DNA of 63,899 nt, filler included, from Perkinsus chesapeaki ATCC PRA-425 (lineage: Eukaryota > Protista > Perkinsozoa), in assembly GCA_013115145.1 (NCBI GenBank). It is 3 parts of 3 records of this genome, joined end to end, with 100 filler letters (N's around TTAATTAATTAA, not from the genome) between each part and the next. Parts side by side here need not be neighbours in the genome. Positions count along the whole stretch, not along the records: positions 31,108 to 62,718 come from JAAPAO010000416.1; 2 more parts are not named here. The stretch is one strand, 5' to 3'. Shown piece by piece: positions 35,215 through 51,087 of the stretch. The translations under genes were made by a program, and so were the position numbers. A model generated the notes under the pieces. The model did no database searches. It had not been told where the DNA came from and saw only the letters and a list, made by a program, of their open reading frames with translations. Within the stretch, counting starts at the first letter, position 1. Each line of letters begins with the position of its first letter.

Positions 35215-35678
35215 TCCTGAGCCATCATCGCAGAGACTCCACAGTAGCGCCGCCCTCGGAGACCCGCAATCTCAACGCTGTGACGAGAAAGTAAGGGCTG
35301 CCCACGTCTGGTTGTATCATTTTCGTCAGGTACGAGTCTGAAGATCGCCTTGCTGTTGCTAGAAGAATTGAATGATGTCCCTCCTCCTCATCCTCCTTCC
35401 CATCAAGCCAGCTAGCTTTTACCCGCCACATGATTAAGTTATAGTTACATGAACGTTTTCTGACCGAGTGGGTTGGGTTAGGATGTCCTTAAGAGAGGGG
35501 AGGAAGTGGGATGCCAGAAAAAAATGGCAATAGTGTCGGAAATGTTCATCCCACTCCTGCTGAATTCAGCTGTATACAAAGAACCGTATAATTCCGACCT
35601 TGGCGTACCTGGTGGAGGTTAGCTTCAATGCATTTGGTGTGTAGGATTTACTGTTAACCTCCTGATTGGTCAGAGCTG

Positions 35679-37971
35679 ATGTTCTCCTATGCTACCCTAG
35701 CAGGCACTCTTGGAGTGTACCTGATGACAGCCATACTTAAGACATTCCTGATGCCCTTTTATCATAGCACAGACTTCGACGTACCGCTCCTTCTTCTTAT
35801 CTTGGCTTTAACCCCCCGCAGGTTCACCGTAACTGGTTGGCCGTCACCTACTCCTTGCCCATCTCACAGTGGTATCGAGATGGCCCATGGGCCCCCTCTA
35901 AATGGACCCTAGACTATCCCCCTATCTTTGCGTAACCATTAGTATCCTGTCTTCGAGCTCAGCGCCTTCAGATACTTCGAGGAAGCTTTAGCAAACGTGG
36001 GGGCCATTGTAGCCTATTGGACCGGCAATGATGACTTATGGCAAATGCTTGATCCACAAGTGACCCTTTCGCCGCTCAGTGAGTTTGGCACTGGTATCTT
36101 TCAGGCTCAGGAAATACCAGCTCCGACCTCCGTGGTGACTTTTCAGCGTCTCACAGTCATCATTTCGGACCTTGCTTTGATTCCAGGGGTCCTCTTGCTG
36201 TGCCCACCATCGGGGCTCTTCAGTACTTCATATAACTCCGTTCGCTCGGTGCAATTGTTCTTCGATCGCAGCTCCGATGAAGACCCTCCGCTATCTCGGC
36301 CTTCTCTACATGCTGGCCATGCCCGCGCTGCTCCTTATTGACCACGTCCATTTCCAGTACAATGGTGAGCCCATCTATTTTGCGGCGCGCAAGAATGTTG
36401 TTAGGGATGCTACTGGGAGTTTATTTCTCGGCCATCGGGTTGATGCAAAGAGGGAAGGTCCTGTCCGGTGCTGTAGTCTTCACCCTCCTAGTAAGCTCCA
36501 GATTTCTCGATCGCTGAAATTGCCTTCCTTCAGGTTTTATCAAAGCACATCTTCGCCTATGCTGCTCCTGCCATCGGAGTCTGGCTGCTCTGCAACTACT
36601 GTATGGTACCGGCTCCCTACCAGAGGTCTGTAGTCTCCAAGAGGGTCTTCAGCTTCCACCGTTTCTTCCAGCTTGTCGGTGCTGTACTTGGCACGACATG
36701 TCTCGTACTTATGCCCATAATGTAGCGGTGACGACCATGATACCTGTTCACTGCGGCTTCAGTTACTATGGCGAGCTGCAGCCGATGCTCAATCGGATGT
36801 TCCCCTTCGGTAGGGGTCTCACCCATGCCTACTGGGCGCCTAACTTATGGTCAGTCTCATTCCCTCTCTTGCTTCACGGCGACTCTCTTCGTTATCAGGG
36901 CCCTCTATTACGGTGTTGATGTTGTCCTGGCCAAGCTAAAGGGCCTTCCAGGCTCGGCATTGACGCACGGTCTGGTTCAAGTGGCCGACCCTACAGTGTT
37001 GCTTCCTGTACGCCCGATACACGCTCTCCTCATCACTGGTTAGTCTTTCCTTCAAGTATCTCCAAGATGACTTCTCTCTTCAGTTGCCGTCTATCTACCA
37101 GTACTAACTGGCATCATTCGGGAGTCTGGCCGTCCCCACGGCAGTCAAAGGAGCCTCCTCTTCTGGGCCACAATGGGTACCATCCCTTCCCTCATTTAGA
37201 CCATAATTCCGCCTCAGGCACCAGCGCAGCGTTCATGTGCGGTTGGCACGTTCACGAGAAGGCTCTCGTAACAGTTGTGGCTCCTCTGATGCTGGAGGTA
37301 AGCTCACAAGTCCTCCAAACCGCCCATTTCTTAAAGATAACACCCACTCAAAATCATGTTCAGATCATCCTAAAACGAGACCTCCACGGTTCCTCGCGGT
37401 ACCTCACATCCGTTGCATGCCTCTCCACGGTGATGATGGCCTCCTTGCTACCGTTATTGCCGGACACCCTTCCAGAGCTCGGCCTCAAGTGGACGTTAAT
37501 GGTACGCTACCCCACAATGTCTAGGTCTAAGTAATTGTCATGCCAGTTGCTATCCTGGTCGATTGATGACTGTGTTGCGTCGATGGCTGAGGATGGTGGT
37601 CGTCTTCATAGAGTTGTGGTGGCAGTGACGGCAGCAGCTTGCGTGCTTCACCAATGGGTAGCCAATGTTACACATCGTTTACCCTATATTGCGACTGACA
37701 CTTATTTTTGCGGGCAAGTGCCCTCCCGCAGGAGCTCGACCATCTACTGGCTTCGACCACAGTGCCCTAGTTTCCGATTTATTTCATTCAACTTGAACAT
37801 TGTATCAGTGTTATTGGTCAGGTTCTCCCAGCGGCCCTCCCATCGATGGCTTTCGCTCCGCTCATGTTCATGAGTGTCTACTGTGCTGCTGGCGTGACAC
37901 TATCTCTCCTGGCCTGCTACTGGTTTTCGACCGATCATCTGGTGCCGGTGGATGAAATCAAGGAAGACTGA
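35679..37971 (+). CDS. ALG8: Dolichyl-P-Glc alpha-1,3-glucosyltransferase ALG8
   Basis: [63 protein letters not shown] and [10 protein letters not shown] are ALG8-type rather than ALG6-type motifs. Confidence 0.9.
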
Positions 37972-38070
37972 CGCCACTGTGTGTTCCGTGTCTAGTTTTT
38001 TACACTTGCCACTGCAGCCTGACGAATTGTGTTGTCCGGCAGGGGGAACTCTCACCAGTTTTCAACCGCC

Positions 38071-39345
38071 ATGCTATGCCAGCTCGGTCGGCGGCAAGCC
38101 GCCATGGCGGCCGTCCTCGGGGCCCGCGTCGATCGTGCGCCTGTCTTAGACAGCTTCCGATACCAGTCGGTACGGTACAAGAGGTATCGCCCATTCGTGA
38201 GGACGCCAACACCTAGCCAACGGGCTTTGGCGCATGAGAATTATCTCAAAAGGCGACGACAATATCGAGTAATGAGTAGCTCACTCGCTGTACTAGGTTT
38301 GCACCTTGATTAGGCTCCTGGATCGAGCGAGAGCGCCGATGTTGTTACTGGAGATGGGGAGCAGATTGTTTTGAAGGTCACACCCTTTCAGGCATTGAGG
38401 CTCCTCCGGGCCTTCAATAATACCGATAACATCAGCCGAATAACCTTCGATGTCGAGTAAGACCGTGTGTTTAAGAATGCTAAAATTGACTTGTTCAGTA
38501 TTCGTGTTGATTTGACGCGGCAGTCTGTCCGAGGAGTGGTCCAACTACCTTATGGCCTTCAGACTGAGATAAGGGTCCTCGCACTGTGTCCCGACTACAT
38601 GGCCAGCGTAACAGCTCAGTGCGTGATTTAAGCGAAAGAGTTTCTCAGGAGATGTTGGAGGCCGGGGCGGATTACGCTGGTTTGAGCGAGCCGTTAAACA
38701 AGATAGAGCGAGGCTGGCTACCGTTCGACAAAGTGATAGCTCTCCCCCAGGTTATCCCGCAGGTTGTCAAGCTGGCCAAGGTAACTTATTTGTTCCGGAA
38801 TACGTGGTATTTCCTTTTCGGCAGATTCTCGGGCCCAAAAGATTGATGCCAAACGCCCGTAACGGTACCGTGGTGCAGAACTTAAAACAGGCTGTGATCG
38901 ACGCTAAGTCCGGCAGCCAGCTTGAGTATCGCGCAGAAGGCGAGGGACACATTCGAGTGGATCTTGGCAAAACTAACATGTCGAACGAGCAAATCTTAGA
39001 GAACATGCGGTTCTTTGTACATTATGTGTTAAATGCATTTGGACTGCAGTTCGGGTTCAGATAAAGGAACTGCTCCGAAACAGGCCCAAGGAGGCCGGAG
39101 ACAACGCGGCAGCAGTCCGGAAGACTGGGGAGCTCGCAAAACTCACCACGATGCTGCCCAAGCTGATGGGAGGGATATCATCCTTCTCTGGTGGCGGTGG
39201 TGACGAAAGTAAGTGCGGCACTGGGAGGGGTTGGTATGTTCCTTGACAGGAGCGCGAGCTATCGACTTGCCGTACTTCAAGGCAGCGTCTATCAGCTGCC
39301 CGAATCTACCGCGGATTCACATCGAAACTGAGCACATGATGCCTT

Positions 39346-39368
<23 letters not shown>
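38071..39368 (+). CDS. Ribosomal protein uL1, organellar (probably mitochondrial)
   Basis: EAGADYAG..IERGWLPFDKVIA..ILGPKRLMPNARNGTV..LKQAV..K.G..EYRA. Arg/Ala-rich presequence-like N-terminus. Ends PSSSGYFR*. Confidence 0.9.
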
Positions 39369-41037
<1,669 letters not shown>

Positions 41038-41167
41038 GGGAGCGTATGCTACCAATTCGATTGTATGATAACTACCAACTCAATGCAGCTGATAATGACA
41101 CATTAACAACAGTAATGGGACCATGTAAAATGCAAAGTGCAGAAGCACTGGGCGCGGTAAGGAGCGC

Positions 41168-44100
41168 TCAGCATTCGTGAGGGTCATGGAGGGCTAGGGA
41201 GCTGGCAAAGTGTACGGTGAGGTGACTGTTGCGCTTGGACGCTCGGTTGGTGCGCTGTGACGCTAAACGACCACTTTGGCTAGCAGCCACGGAATACCTG
41301 CAGGAGGCATGTCGTAGAGACCTCTATAAGGCTAGGTACCTTCCTATTCTGTCCACATTGCTGTGCTCGCTGAAGCCGTAGCCTCCTCTCGACCGCACTG
41401 CCTTTGGAGTCGGCGCTCCCTTTATCGTACTGTACGCCAGGGACTGTCTCCCCTTGCTGGGGTGGCTGCTGCTGCCACCGCCGTGAGGGGCACCTGGGCC
41501 ATCGGAGGGGTGGGGATACTGTGCCTTGTGCTTGTCGCCATCCTTCTTGACTACCACTAGCTTGCGAGCCTGTAATGGTATAGCGTTAACCACCTTCGGT
41601 ATTGGGAAGACCTTACCCCGAGCCGCAGACGTTCCTTTACTAGTCGGGAGTTTGATGGGGAGAAAATAGCATAGTACTGATGCTGGAAGGCAAGTGGCAT
41701 CAGACTCATCCCTGAGGACGGGCAGAGATAACAGAGGAAGGCGGACCTCCGGACCTACCGCAAGTGAGAACAAGCGAGCCTATTGCTGGTCCGGTGAGCA
41801 ATGTGTTGAGGAAGGAGCTATCGAAATGGTCACCAAATATCTGATGAAAGACATGGAATAGCCGAGCGGAGCGAAGCAGACTTACGCTTCCACCAGCCCA
41901 GCTGATCATGAAGAGGATAATGCCGAACCAGATGCCAGCGTGGGTGAACCAGAACCATATATTGCTGAATTTGTATATGACGATGTTGCACACGAGGACC
42001 ATACCCAAGAAGACTAACATGCCGATCTGATGGTCAGAAGGGCCAGTGTAGCCGTCCGAATGGTAGGACTCGGGGTAGAGGATCCATAGTGGGGGGAGAA
42101 GGCACCAGATAGCGGTCCATATGGCACCGAATATCCAACGGGCAAGGACGAAGTTACCGAAGGTACGATGACCGAATTTATACAGGAAGGCGCACCTGGC
42201 CAGGACGGAGGCGGGCAAGTCCCTGTCGAAGACACCGTGGAGGAGTATAGGGAACACGGTGAAGAGGACATTGTAGACTTGCTTCAAGATGGGATCGTAA
42301 AGGTTAGTGCCAGAAAAGTACGAGTAGAAGCCGAGGAAGAATGTCGGCAGGGAGAAGGCAACATTCTTGTAGACGGTATAGTAGACGAAGATTGAGTTCT
42401 TGCGGACGGCTTCGCGACCGTGGAGGAATAGTAGACGACGGAGAAAGCGGAACTCTGGGATGGCGTAGTCAGCTGAGCGGGCAGCTTGGGCACCTTCCTT
42501 GCCATTCAGTCCGACCTGACAAAGATACGCAGAATCTGCGCACACGGAAGATTTTCTACAACTCACCCCGACGTCAGCCACCACGATCATGCCCACGTCG
42601 TTGGCTCCGTCACCAATAGCCAACATTGTGTTGGCAGGTAGGTAGCTTCCGCTCCACCTGGTAAGATACCATCAGCGATGGCGGACGGTGAGGGCGACTT
42701 ACTTCACAACATCGGCCTTTTGCTTGGGAGACACTCGACACGCAATAACAGTGGTACAGTTTGCCAAAGCCAAGCGGAAGAACTTGAGACGGAGCGCTCT
42801 GAAGAGAACCTCAGCAAATCCAGAGGAACGAGGATGCCTACTTGTGACGCAGAATAACCGCCAAGGCATCTCCGGAGACTGTGATGGCAACCTGGCGGAA
42901 CCGCGCCATCTCAGGCTCCTCGTGAGCATGGGGCCGATCCTCGCTTGCGTCATCATCGTCATCCTCATCTCCCAGTTCGATATCCTCGATGTCTAACTGT
43001 GAGCGGGCAATGTAGCCCTCTTTCTCGAGCTTCTCCTCGGCGTCGTGGTCCCATTCCAAGGTGGCAGCTCGTGTATTGATTCTGGACTCTATGAGCTTGT
43101 TCAAGGCCGCCAGAGCCGCGCTGATCTGGCGGGTGCAAGTGGAGTCAATGATCTGGTTGTAGACTTCATTTGTGAGCAGGTTGCTACTGTATCTGATGAC
43201 GATCGGTAGCGGCGAGATTTTGCCCCGGTCGTCATCGACTAACCCTACCCGATGTTGATAGCAGTTTCTATCTTGTCTCCCGTCAGCACCCACAGCTTTA
43301 TGCCAGCCGAGTGGAGCTCCTGTATCACTTCCGGCACTTGTTCCTGAACAAAAAGATACCGTCGAGACTGGTGATGGTGCTAGGTCTCAGACCTGTAGTT
43401 TGTCCTCGATACCGGTGCTGCCTAGGAGTTCGACCTCGGACTCCATCCTCATCATACAGTCATAAATTGCCTTCTTTTTATCGTCTCCGATTCTACCTCG
43501 AGCGGTAGAGTACGCTGCTTGCCACCTAACACGGACACCATGAATGCTGCCTACACCATTGCCAACTCAAGTTAGAAAGGTGTCATCGATTTTAGTACCA
43601 AGTTTCACCGATGTTCAATTTAAATCAAAAAGGTGTAAATCGAAGCTGGAATTAAAAGCTCCCGAAATCAATTAAAGAAAAGGATACTAGTTAAATTTAG
43701 TTCGGAGTACTTACTCGTTCACAAACTGTATCTCATCGGTTAGGTCACGCACACCGTAGACTAAGGTCCGCAGGCCATTGGCAGCCAGAGTCGCGAGAGT
43801 CTCGGCCAGCTCGGTATCTGTTAAGTGCTTCAGTAAGGCCAGTGGAAGGAACTCACCCTCATGGCCGGACAGCGGTGTAGCAACGTCAAGCATAGAGGAG
43901 TCGGCCCCTTTGATTAGTAGAAGGGTGCGGGGATGAGGACAACTCTGAGAGGGGAGATGGTAAGCAGGCATCATGGTCCAACAGGAGCAGCCGCCCGACC
44001 TCTCTTATCTTCTGTCCCGCCGGTTTAGCCGCTACTCGGTCCTGGACTCGTTGGCGGCGTTCTGCGGCAGACGAGCTGAAATAGGATCCATGGAGGCTTC

Positions 44101-46564
44101 GATTATGTTCTGACGCACTCCGCTGTTGGAAGGATCTCCTTCACCAAGACGCTCATCCGCTTCCGGTCGTTATCAAACTCAATGACGTCCATGAGTTCGA
44201 AGTCCATGTACTCGACGTCGAGCCCCATCAGCTACACAGCACTCCCCTTCGAGCAGCGCTATTCGCCTTACCTCCTTGGCGAAGTCACTCTTCAAATTAA
44301 CACGGACGCTGTTGACAGTCGGTCGCTCGGCGAACTCCATGCCGAGCTCCCGAGCACCAGCAACCAGTGCCAATTCGTCTGGGGATGAAGCGTCGTATCT
44401 ACAACTGGGGTGGGAGGCCACAGAGAGGGGGTACACCTACAGCTTGTCTGAGTGGATGTGACCGCTCTGATCAGCTTGCTTGTCGTCGGCGTCATCCTCC
44501 TCATCATCAGCTTTGATGAGGACGGAATGGCACACGGAAAGGCAGATGAGGAAGTCGACGAATCTGTGTTAGGTACTCGAGACTGAACTCGATGGACGAA
44601 AGATACCTTTGCCGCACAGCACCGGAACTCTCCCGGACGATTTTTTTGAACAATTCGACGTCAAAGTCCGACCCAACATGCCTGTCTCGTACGCGGGTGT
44701 CATGCGAGTGATCTGTAGGGGACAAGCGATGTCGACCATCTTTGCGGTTGAGGCACTTACGTGGCCGATGTTCCTCTGGCTCTTGCTGAGACTTCCTCAC
44801 CAGCAAGGCCGAGTCCGCGCCACCGGTGCCAATTGCGCAAGCGGCTGAAGGATGCGTTAAACCAAACAACAAGACTTAGCTGTACTCGTGAAGAGCATGA
44901 GGTTCTGCGTCAGTGTCCCCGTCTTATCACTGAATATATGCGTAACTGACCCCAACTCCTCGCCCAGTGTCGAACTGTTGGCAGTGGCCCCGAGGCCTGA
45001 GAGGAGGGCAGCGTCAGGGATGCCGGACTAGAGGGAGTAGTCGTGCCTCCCGAAACCATGTGCTGATCCTCGTTAATGAACTTGGCCTGGAAGAACTTTA
45101 CAATCTCCAGGGTTACCTTGACGAAACGACCGACATCAGCGGCAGATAGCGGTGGTCGGATGGCTCACCAGTAAAGAGATCGGTACGAAATACGTGAATT
45201 GGAGCAGTAGGGTGCCCACAACCTTCACGGCGTCCAGCGCCACCTCCCCGCCGTCAACGGTACTGGTGCCATCCGCGTCGAGATACCTAAGGCCTCCTCG
45301 AGACGGAAGTTGAGGGAGGAGTGGTAGTACCAGTCGCCGGTTGTTGTAGTGTAGACTGCGTTGACAGCTGCTGCTACTATACAGATGAAGGCTTGTAGGA
45401 TAAAGAGGGTAATGACGTGCTGGTTGTAGGTCGCCATCAGCTTAGTCAACTTATCCCGACCAGTGCCTGATGAAACCGTCCCCTCACTTGGCAATATTCC
45501 GCCTCACCGGTGTCTGCCGCGTTCCTAAAAATCCTAGTCTGGTCGCCACAGTAGACGACAACGCCATAGATGTAGGCAGTGGTCTGGAGCGTGGACCCCC
45601 TCAGTAAGAACTGGTCCACAGTGAGGGGGTATGCCCGGCCGTTGGCGACCATTTCACCGTCGAACTTGTACAGGTTGGTGTTGGGTTTCTCGTACTTCAA
45701 CGTTGCCGTGAAGTGCGCGGCATCTTTATCGTTATTAATTTCGTTCATAATTGTCACATTGCACATCTTCGGTTTGAGATTCGTCTCCCCGTCCAGGTTC
45801 ATTGTCTCCACGTAAGCCATACCAGATTCATCCTCGGAGCTCAACATGACCAAGTCTGCCGGGAAGCCCTCGCCGCGCTTCACCTTGATGACGTCACCTA
45901 GGCCAAGATCGGCCCAGGTAACCTCCTCCGTATGATGACCATGTGCGTTCGGCTGCTGCAGTATCCTGGTTACCTTTCGACCATTCTCCCTCGTATCACT
46001 TTTATGTCGCTGTATGTCCTCAGCAAGGTCTCTTATAGCGGCCACGGCCAGCACGAAAATGAGCGGCAAAAGCAGCAAAGGTTGGCCGCCCGAGTCGCTG
46101 ATGGAGGGGATGCACTGTAGCGCTGCCGCGGCGAGGAAGTAGATGTTGGCAAAAAGATGGAATTGGTACCAGAGGTTTAAAGGCAGGAAGGTGAGCGGCG
46201 TGTACTTCGACGTTCGTATGAAATTCTTCCATTCAACACTGGCGGCCTCCCTGTCATAAGTGACACATCGCACAGCACCATCGTCGCCGCCTCCGCCGCC
46301 GCCTCCGCCGCCATCCTCCGGTGGTGCCGCCTCCGCGTTATTCCTACTGGACGCCTTCTGGGACCTCACCGAAGCTGGTTGGAAGCTTTCAACGTGGGCT
46401 TGACGCTCGGCCGCTGACTTGTGGCAGAGGCATTCGTGCTCGTCTCCCCAGCAGATCTCACAAATGTCAGTCTTGGCTCTGCTACGCCTCAGAGCAGACC
46501 TTCCTGATGTCCGTGGTGCCTAGCAATAAAATAGGCTATCCGCGGCCTGAATCAGTCTCACCAT
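41168..46564 (-). CDS. P4-type ATPase (phospholipid flippase), multi-exon
   Basis: [51 protein letters not shown] (~44910), [53 protein letters not shown] and C-terminal GYGFS. Confidence 0.95.
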
Positions 46565-47233
46565 GGTAAAGCTAAGAGTGGCTGAGGGCCTTCGGCAATG
46601 GAAAACACAGACGCGCTGAAAGATGACATCATATCCCATCGCCGCCGCCGCCCCCGCGGGTGCCCAGAGAGAAGTTAACGGAACGCAAATCAGAGTGAGA
46701 GGAGATCGTGAGAGTGAAGCCACCGAGATCCACGCTGAACGGAGGAGGAGGAGAGTTGATGGAGATTCTGGCTTTCCCTGCTGCTGCTGCTGCTGCCTCG
46801 AATAGCAGGAGGAGGAGTATAGGGGACAGCCGACACAAGACTAAGAAGGCAGCACGGTGTATTGCCTACTACGACTGGTGACAGCAGCGAAAGAAAGCAG
46901 CGGGCAACATCAAAAACAAAGTGAGACATCACCAACAACAGCGGCATCGTCAGTGGTGCGGATTATTCCGGGATAGATGGAGTCACCACAAGGGAGAGTA
47001 AACGGACGGTAATGGCTGCACATGATGGCACAGGTAATGCGAGATTATGATAACACTCGCCACTGCAAGAGCATCTCCAAGAGCAATGATAACTTCAGAA
47101 AGCCAAGCTGATGATTATCATGTACACCACCACAGCAAGGGAATATTGACAAAAACAGCAAAGGTGAAATGCTCACCACCAAAGATGGCAGTGTTAGACG
47201 ATGTCCCTCGCAATGATGACCATCATCTTCGCA

Positions 47234-49586
47234 CTACCATCTGTCTACAAAGTCCCAACTATGGCCATCAGCCCGCAATTCCAAATAGTAGCCAAGTGGC
47301 GGCATCACATAGCTCTGAGTGGCGGCGGAGACAGCGGCGGCCTCTTGCTGCTGCTGTTGTTGTTGTCGCTGCTGTTGCTGCTGAGTGTAATGATAATAGG
47401 GAGATGCCTTCGTCCCTCCGTATCCTCCTCCCGCTGGCATACCCTGCCCTGCTGGCTGCTGCTGCTGAACTCTCACTCCTCGAATGCCCTCTGCTATAGC
47501 GGAAGCCCCTGGGCCGTCCTTCACTGGACTTAATGTCAAATTGGGGTTTCTAATGTCACCAAGGCCTACTGGCATGCCCATCCCCCCAGTCCCCATATTA
47601 TAGCCACCGACCGGCATGCCACCACCGCGCACCATACCAGGCAACCGATTCTGATACTCTCCTGCATTCCCTGCCATCGGCGCCTGCCGATCCTGTCCCA
47701 TTCGCATCCGCAACCGTTGCTGCTGTTGAGCAGCTGCTGCTGCTGACATTGTCGCCGTATGTTGCTGCAATGTGGGTGCAGTGAGACCGCCACCCCCAGC
47801 TGTTGCAGTGGCCTGGCCATGGCCTCGAGCTCCCGGGGGCCCACCAACCCCCATAGCAGCATTCTGAGCATGTTTGGCTGCTATCGCTGCTGCCGTAGGA
47901 CCAGTGCGCATCCTCGTCAATGTCTTAGCTTGCACCAATAACTCCTCCATCGTAGCGTCAGCCACCTTATTAGCAAACAGACTAAAGGCTCGACGCAGAC
48001 GTATACGGCCTTCATAATCTAATACACAGTTTAAATTCCTGCTAAGATCCAAGGGATCCTCTATTAAGATATTGCTATCAGCATCCCGTCTAGGCAACTG
48101 AACGTACTCGTCGATACTATGCCGCTGCCCTGTTCGAATTGATACCACCTAATAAGCAGCACCGCCGTTCTAGCCACCCATAGCCAGACCACCCACCTCA
48201 GAGCCCCATTTATAGTCTCGGTCATAGAACACGAAAAAATCGCGAAGGAGCTCAGACGGAGTAGTGTCCGCCGCTTTGAAGCCATCCTCTCCCGAGGTCG
48301 CCTCTGAAAACAATCGATAAAGCGCGCAGCGATAGCGAGCCAATAGCTCACCAAAGCGGTCCACAAAGTCGACATTAAAAACGCGACCGCTGATGGGGCA
48401 GGAGTAATGTTTCACTTGCTCGCCTTGTCGCTTCTTCGCCGCCATCGCTTGTAAAGACGGCAGAACTGCGCCCTTTGACCGCACCTGGAGACACTGCTAC
48501 ATCGGGGCGGATGTTATGAAGTAGTAGCACTTGTAGGAAATAGATGCAAAGCAAGGTCCAACTGTAGCTGCTAAGGTTACCCTCCTTGGCATCACTCACT
48601 GCACACAGCTTGGCCCATCGCTGTCAAGGCAAGTCGTTATAGTAGTACAATAGGGAATCTTACCTTGACGCAAAGAGCAAGGATCTGCACCCGCTTGTCC
48701 ATTTCAACATAGTTACGGAGCAACTAAGATGAGTTATAATAACCAAGTAACGGCCACCGCGCCCAGCCTACCGCGGTATTGTGTAGTGGTAACTGGTTGT
48801 TTATACTGACATCCACTATTTGCACATTACCATTTGGGCCAATCCATGACAGCACCACAATAGGCACTTTTGCTGATGGTATGACCTATAATGCAGGGCT
48901 GCTGCTACTGCTGCGGCATCTGTTAAGGCTATTACCTGTACGACCCGAAGACCAACGCCTGGTGCCTCCTTCTCAAATTTACTAATTGCTTTACCCAAGC
49001 CCATCACCGCTGCCGAACAGAGGCTCTTTTCGTCCCCAGTTGCACCAAAGCGTTTCTTTAATGCCGAGAACCGGCATATTATAGTGGCATCGATGTCGCT
49101 GCTTTTTTCCGATAGCCCACTGGCCGCCGAGCCAAAGGTCTCGATGGTGGCCTCTATGTCAAGGTTGCTCCGAGCCACAGACAGAATCGATCCGAGAATA
49201 TGATTATGGATGTGATGATCTTCATCGGTCAAGGCCACTCGCTCCACAAATGATGACAACTCATTATCCACCAGCTCTGCCGGGTTGGCTGAGGTAGTTG
49301 GCTCATCTGCCTCATCATCAGCATCATCTCCTCCTGATGGTGATGCTGCCTCCTCTCCAATAGGGCTGGTATCACCGTTTTTGACAACAGGGGATGAGGT
49401 CCCGTTAGTAAGGTCGGTAGCACTGGGTTGCGCCGTGGCCTTCTTAGCGGCCTCTTCCTGTTGCTCTTTATGCTGTATAACGAACTGAGCGGCCAGGGCC
49501 GATGCTTCGGTTATCTCGGCCAACTTGGTGGCTTGTGGCGGTATGGCATCCTCTTCAAGCGACGCTGGAGTCGACGTAGTAGACAT
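47234..49586 (-). CDS. Cid1/GLD-2-family terminal nucleotidyltransferase (TUTase or non-canonical poly(A) polymerase)
   Basis: FGSAASGLSEKSSDIDAT (GS..DxD), VDVSINN, VKRWAK..SDAKEGNLSSYSWTLLCIYFLQ, FFVFY..YKW..VVSIR and ILIEDPLDLSRNL. Q/G/A/M-rich tail. Confidence 0.9.
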
Positions 49587-49797
49587 CGATGGCTTTGCAA
49601 TTTTCGGGAGTAGTTTAGAAGTCACAATAAGAGACAACGACAACTGTGAGGAGACGGCAGGATTGATGACGTAACTATGATCACGACGACGATGGCGAGC
49701 ATTCAATTCGGTTTCTTGCAGTTTTCGTGCAATTTTTGGGCGGAGCGAAGCACGGCAACATTACCAAAAGGAAGTTGGATCCTATTTTAAAAGGGGA

Positions 49798-50873
49798 ATG
49801 AAGAAGATATCAGCGGCGATTCTAGGGAGTGTGGCCAGCGGGAAGTGTATCATAACAAGTACTGTATGTGAGCACTTCCCTCATCTCAGTAACATGCAAT
49901 TTGATGACGCTAATGGAGAGAAGTAACATAGCTTCTGATCGCCAATGACCATCTATCAACCTCCTAGGTATCTTTCTACAGCCGACAATGAGCCCATGTG
50001 TCTAAGACGCGCCCAGCAGCTCCACGACTGGTGCGGCAACCCTGCCGATGCCAAGGTAGCATCTCTCGGTCTTCCGGCAATCCGTTGCCCTTTCAGACCA
50101 TCACAGTGGCAGCCAGCTTTCAAGGGGGGCATACCCAGCTGTTCAGCCCCGAGGCCTGTGACCAGGGTTGGGTGCTCTACGGCTCCCACTGTTACAGGTT
50201 TGGTGCACGGGCTGCCATGGCGTCATTGTCGTCTGGTAGGTTCTTCGACGCCATGGTCAGTTTTTTCGAGGCCGAGGGAAGATGCAATGCAATGGGGGCT
50301 AATTTGGCCAGCATCCATTCGGAGGGAGAAAACGAATTCGTAAAGATACAAAATAGGTTAGTTTGCAGCCCTTAGTTTTGTGGCGCAGGTTCGGACACTA
50401 ACGGGTGGTCGGTCGACGTGGATAGGTTATAGTGATGCTGACCAAGATGAAGATTACGATTGGACTGACGGCTCCGAAAACGAGTTCAACAAATGGGCCA
50501 AAAACTGCACTGGTAAAGTTCCACTGTCCATCTGTGGAGATACTCCCCAGCAGACCCGGCCTTGGCTGACGATCCTGACTGCGCGCCAGAAAAATCTCAG
50601 GAGCAGTGGTACGATTGGGACGGCAGCGACCCAGGGCCGTTCGTGTGCAAGAAGATGGTGAAAGGGGCGAGGAAGTGGGGACCCAGGGGAAGGAGGATGT
50701 TTGCAGCTGTCTTTAGGAACTACCTGGTGAGCTTGTCGGCAGAGGAGCTGATAACTTCGGCTGGAGTTCGCCAAGATATAGGTGAGCTCGAGATCGAAGA
50801 TACAAAACGGGTCGACTTGGAGGCCATAGAGCGCTGTCGGGTCGACGAGACAGGTAAGTTGATTACGTCTTAG
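49798..50873 (+). CDS. Secreted C-type lectin domain protein with extra N-terminal Cys module
   Basis: Leader MKKISAAILGSVASG. CDQGWVLYGSHCY, FFEAEGRCNAMGANLASIHSEGENEFV, TWIGYSD..YDWTDGS..FNKW and FVCKK. Confidence 0.85.
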
Positions 50874-51087
50874 TGGTGCTAGCCGCGATGCAGGCACCAG
50901 TCTGGTATCACGCCCCGAGGAGCTGCTGGGCCCTCATCGTTATCTCCCTCGCATGGGTTTAATATCGCCACGGTGATGGCATCATCAATCTGACATGATT
51001 CTTAAGTCGTTGATCGAGCTGGTGTTGAGTTGACGCTTGGACACTCGGCAGTCTCGGTTCCAGACCTTCCCTTTTCCTTCTTCCGTC

